Positions 59,433 to 64,000 of a DNA stretch of 64,000 nt are shown in pieces. Position 1 is the stretch's first letter; every line of letters starts with the position of its first letter. Where the stretch lies: NCBI RefSeq assembly GCF_004010195.1, contig NC_057754.1:12509553-12573552 (forward strand), in the 5' to 3' direction. The notes under the pieces were generated by a model. That model searched no databases. It saw only the letters and a list, made by a program, of their open reading frames with translations, and was not told the origin of the DNA. Origin of the DNA: Chiloscyllium plagiosum (lineage: Eukaryota). The translations under genes were made by a program, and so were the position numbers.

Positions 59433-61336
59433 AGCGAAGCAGCAATGACTGGAGTTTCTGGGGTAATTCAGGAGCCACTGCATAAATTCATCCAATGGTC
59501 AGGGAGAGTACAAAGCAAAAGAAAAAGCATACAATGTGGCGAAGATTAGTGGAAGTCAGAGGTTTGGGAAGACTTCAAAAAAACAGCAAATGTTAACTCT
59601 AAAAAAAAACTGAGTAGAAAAGCTGAAATGAGAGTAAGCAGGCTATTAAAATGAAAGAAGACTGCAGAAGATTTTAGAGAGGTGTAGAGAGGTTACAGAG
59701 AGGCAAGAGTGGACATCAGACAAGAGACAGCTAGAAAACGAGGCTGGAAAGTAGTAATAGGGAACAAAGGAATAGCAGAGGCTCTGAAGTGGTATGTCAC
59801 ATCAATTTTCACAAGGGAAGACACCAGCAGCATACCAAAACTTCAAGGGAGACATGGGGCAGAAGTCAGTGCACTGGCCATCAGTAAGGTGAAGCGGCTG
59901 GGAAGCAAAAAATCACCAAGACCAGATGGATTATACCCAAGATGACTGAAAAAGAGCTGAGGAGTTTGGAGAGATGTTGGTAGTGATCATTAGAAATTAC
60001 TGTAGTTAGGGAGCGTCCCATATGACTGGAAAATGGCTAATGCAACACTCCTGTTTAAGAAAGGAGGGGGGCAGAGGCAGGAAACTGCAAGCTAAACAGC
60101 CTGATCTCAGTTGTTGATAGGATTTGAGAGTCCCTTATTAAGAATGAGACTGCAGAGTACTTGAAAATATACTGTAAAATCAGGCCGAGTCAGCTTAGCT
60201 TTTTTTTTAAAAGGGAGTTCATGTCTGACAAATCTGTTCAATTCCTTCGATCTGCTAACAAACGAGTGAGACAAAGGAGAGCGAGTTGACATGATCTATT
60301 TAGATTTCCAAAAGGCCTTTAATGAAATACTGCAGAGCAGGCTGGTAAATAAGATAACAGCATGGGATTAGTGGCAAAGTAGAGGATTGGCTGCCTGGCA
60401 GAAGACAGAGAGTAAGGGTAACGAGGTCTTTTATAGGATGGCAGCTGGTGATTCGTGGGGTCAGTGTTGGGACTACAACTATTCACATTAAGCATTAACA
60501 ATCCCGACAAAGGAACTGAGGGCATTGTTGCCACGTTTGCAGATGACACAAAGGTAAGTGGAGGGGCAGGTTGTGTTAAAGTAGTGGGGAGGGTGCAGAA
60601 AGATTTGGGCAGTCAGGGAGAGTGGACAAGATGGCAGATGGAATATAATGTGAGAAACTATGGGGGGGTTATGTACTTTGATAAAAAGAATAAAGGCATA
60701 GATCATTTTCTGAATAGAGAAACACTTCATAAATCTGAAAGGCAAAAGGACTTTGGGAGTCACAGTACAGATATTCTCTTAAAGTTATCACGGAGGGTCA
60801 GTTAGCAGTTCAGAGGGCAAATGCCATTTTAGCATTTATTTCAAGGGAGCTCTAATGCACGAGCAGAGATGTACAGCTGAGGTTATATTAGTTCTGGTCA
60901 GACTGCATTTGGAAGATTGAGAGCAGTTTTGGATCTATTACCTAAGGAAGGATGTATTGGCCCTGCTGTGGTTTCAGAGGAGGTTAATTAAGAATGATCT
61001 CAGGAATGAAAGGCTTAACATATCAGGAATGTTTGAGGACTCTGGATCTATGCTCAACGAGTTTAGAACGATGAGTGAAGATGTAACTGAAACACACAAA
61101 ATTCTGAATGCCCTGGACAAAGTGGTCGTTGGGAAGCTGTTTCAGTTGGCAGGAGAGACTGGGACCTGAGGGCACAGCCTTAGTGAAGGGAAGACCCTTT
61201 ACAACAGGAGAAATTTCTTCAGCCAGAGAATCTGTGGGTTGGGGCCTAAAGTTGCTTCCCATGGTCTAAGATGTGGCCTGACCGGAATTTTATAAATCCT
61301 CAGAAGTACTGTACATCCCTGCCTTTATTTTTTTTT

Positions 61337-61642
61337 AGATTAGATTACCTACAGTGTGGAATCAGGCCCTTCGGCCCAACAAGTCCACACTGACCCTCCG
61401 AAGACAAACCCACCCCCCTATATTTACCCCTGACTAAAGCACCTAACACTACTGGCAATTTAGCATGGCCAATTCACCTAACCTGCACATCTTTGGAGGA
61501 AACAGGAGCACCCGGAGGAAACTCAAACAGACACGGGGAGATTGTACAAACTCCTAACAGACAGTTGCCCTAGGCGGGAATTGAACCCGGGTCCCTGGCG
61601 CTGTGAGGCAGCAGTGCTAACCACTGAGCCACCGTGCCACCC
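61337..61642 (-). mobile_element. HE1-type SINE splitting a minus-strand CR1 scrap (61290-61330, 61645-61825)
   Basis: tagattagattac tail, standard head. Confidence 0.92.
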
Positions 61643-61829
61643 TAATTATATTCTAATCCTCTCAAGATGAATGACAACACGTATTTGCCTTTCTTACAAC
61701 TTACTCAAGCTGCAAGTTTACCTGAAGAGACACCTGGACTGGGATTCCCAAGTCCATTTTGAATTTTCTTCCCATCTAGAAAATAGTCCATGCATCTGTT
61801 TTTCCTACCCAACTGTATGACCTGTTAGT

Positions 61830-64000
61830 GTCAAAGTTAAAGCTGGATGATTAGAGAACAATGGATGAATAAAGATATTGAGACACTAGTCAAGAATGAA
61901 AAGAATTATATATTAGATATAGACAGCTGGGTTCAAATGATTTTCCTGTGAGGGCTTTCTTCAGAGGGGGATCAGGAAGGCAAAAAGGTGAGATAACCTA
62001 ATCTGCCGAGGCTGTGGATAATCCAAAGAGATTCTACAAGTACATATTGAGGCAAAAGAGCAACTACAGAGAGTGACGGGCACCTTAAAGATCAAGGAGG
62101 TTGTCTTTGTGTTGAAACTCGGGAGCTGGGAGAGATAGCAAATGAATATTTTGCGTCAAGTTTTTGCTGTGGAGAAAGCTAGCCAAATGTTCACTCTCCA
62201 TTTATAAAGCTGGACAGTTCCTGTTGCCGAACTATTTGACCAAGGGTGAATGAAACCAAGACTACTCTTTGTGGCTTTATGCTATACTTAGAGTCTTCCT
62301 GTTCCCAGGACTGGCGGGTTTGAGCTGAGTTATGAGGGGGACTGGATAGGATGGGATCTTTTACTCTGAAGCATAAGAGGTTGCAGAGTGACTTTATAGA
62401 GGTTTATAAGATCTTGAGTGATATCAATAAGGTATTTTTGCTTGGATTGGGGAGTCTAAAACTAGTGGGTAGATTTTTTAAGATGAGGGGGAAAAGATTG
62501 AAAATGGAACCAAGGGGCAATCTTTTCACACAGAGGATGGTTTGTGTATGGAATGAATTGCCAGAAAGAGTGATAGATGCAAGTACTGTTACGAAATTGA
62601 AAACACATTTGGACAGGTACATGAATAGGAAATGTTTAGAGGGATATGGACCAAATCAAGCAAGAAGGGCTAGTTCAATTTGGGAAACAGTGTCGGCATG
62701 GACAAGTTGGACTGAAAGAGGTTACGTAACTCAGGGAAATAAATTGTGATGTTGAAAGCAGTTCACATTACAGGAGAGGAAGTGCTGGAGGTCTTAGAAA
62801 TTACAAAAGTGGATAAATCTCTGATATCTGATATAGCGTATCCCAGGGCATTGAGGGAAGTTCAGGAGGAAATTGCAGGCTCCTTCCAGAAATATTTGTA
62901 TCATCTATAAATATGGGTGAGGTGCCAAATGACAGGCAAGTGACTAATGTTGTGCCTTTGTTTCAGAAGGGATTTTGGGAGCAGGCAGGGAACTTTAGAC
63001 CCGCGAGTCTGACTTTGGTGGTGGGCAAGTAGTTGGACGTGATTCTGAAAGATAGCATTTGGAAAGGCAAGAAATGATCAGGGATCATCAACATGGTTTT
63101 GGGAGAGGGAAATCGCGTCTCATAAATTTGATTTTTTTTTGAGGCAGTAACCAAAAGGATTGATGAGGCCAGAACAGTATACATTGTTTACTTGGGATTT
63201 TGTAAAGCCTTTAACAAGTCCACATGGTAGACTAATGAGTAAAGTTAGATCACAGGGGCATTAGGGTGTGCTTGTCAACTGGATACAAAATTCGCTTAAC
63301 TACAGGAGAAGAGATATGATAGTGCAGGGTTGTCTTTTGGACTGGAGGCCTGTGACTAGCGTTGTTCCACAGGGATCACTTTTGTTTGTCACTGAAACGA
63401 ATGATATAGTGGAGAAAATAGAAAGCATGGTTAGTCAGTTTGCGGATGACACCAAAATTGGTGGCAGTGAATAAAGTTATCTAAGATTACAAAGAGAAAC
63501 TGATCAATTGGCTCTTTAATTTGGATAAATGCACGGCACTGAATTTTGGTAAAACAAACATGGGAGGTAGGATTTACCCAATTAAAAGTATGGCCTTGTA
63601 TAGAACAAAGAGACTCAGGGGATCAGTTACCTATCTCTTTGAAGTTGATGTCACATGTCACAGGGTGGTTAAGTTGGCTTCAGTATGCTTACCTTCATTG
63701 GTCACACCTTTTGCATTGGAGTTGGGACATCATGTTGAGGTTGTACAGGATGTTGGAGGGACCTCTTCTGGAGTAGTAGTGTCGAGTTCTGGTCACTCTG
63801 TTATAGGAAGGACATTATTGAGCTGGAGAGAGTTCAGACGAGATTTACCAGGATGTAACTGTGACTGGAGGCACTGAGTTATAAGGAGAGGCTGGATAGC
63901 CTGGGACTTCTTCACAGGAGCATGGAGGTAGAAGTTGACCTTCCAGAGGTTTATACAATTCTGCATAGTACAATTACGATCAATTGCAAGTGTCCTTTGC
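61830..64000 (+). mobile_element. Old CR1 ORF2 with a nested insert (62180-62720)
   Basis: WRPVTSVVPQGS, VSQFADDTKIGG; host resumes aactcagggaaataaat at about 62728. Confidence 0.82.

Larger units (their letters stand above)
56340..61270 (+). mobile_element. Old CR1 (ORF1 esterase, EN, RT) with multiple nested insertions; paralogous to 36160-39970
   Basis: LCCLPGA, AIISGLLPDP, DGLHLN, IMMGDSNMQVDW, GIVATFADDTK. Confidence 0.85.

Overview
Eukaryotic genomic DNA, almost certainly from a cartilaginous fish. The species is inferred from HE1-type SINEs with (TAATC)n tails, HER1/CR1-clade LINEs and Penelope-like elements typical of sharks. By eye, roughly three quarters of the window is decayed and often nested retroelement sequence, and there are two assembly gaps (2263-2762 and 20026-20124). 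Most short ORFs in the track are fragments or antisense shadows of these repeats. Host content is a small C2H2 zinc-finger cluster: one intact 12-finger ORF (52414-53451, minus), a pseudogene (41279-42332), a truncated paralogue (45651-46025) and a stray 3-finger copy (51609-51871). There are also four tRNA-derived loci (Arg-TCT with intron, two Glu-like, Arg-ACG) and a tentative decayed LRR/TLR-like gene. The most notable structures are: (1) a pre-tRNA-Arg(ACG)/HE1 SINE chimeric insertion whose empty paralogous site lies in this window; (2) an old inverted segmental duplication relating about 32.8-42 kb to about 52-64 kb; (3) a ZNF ORF apparently rescued from upstream frameshifts by a new CCACC-ATG; (4) fold-back Penelope mini-insertions with 12-14 bp target-site duplications and degenerate hammerhead ribozyme cores. 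Repeat boundaries were read by eye and are approximate unless a target-site duplication is quoted.
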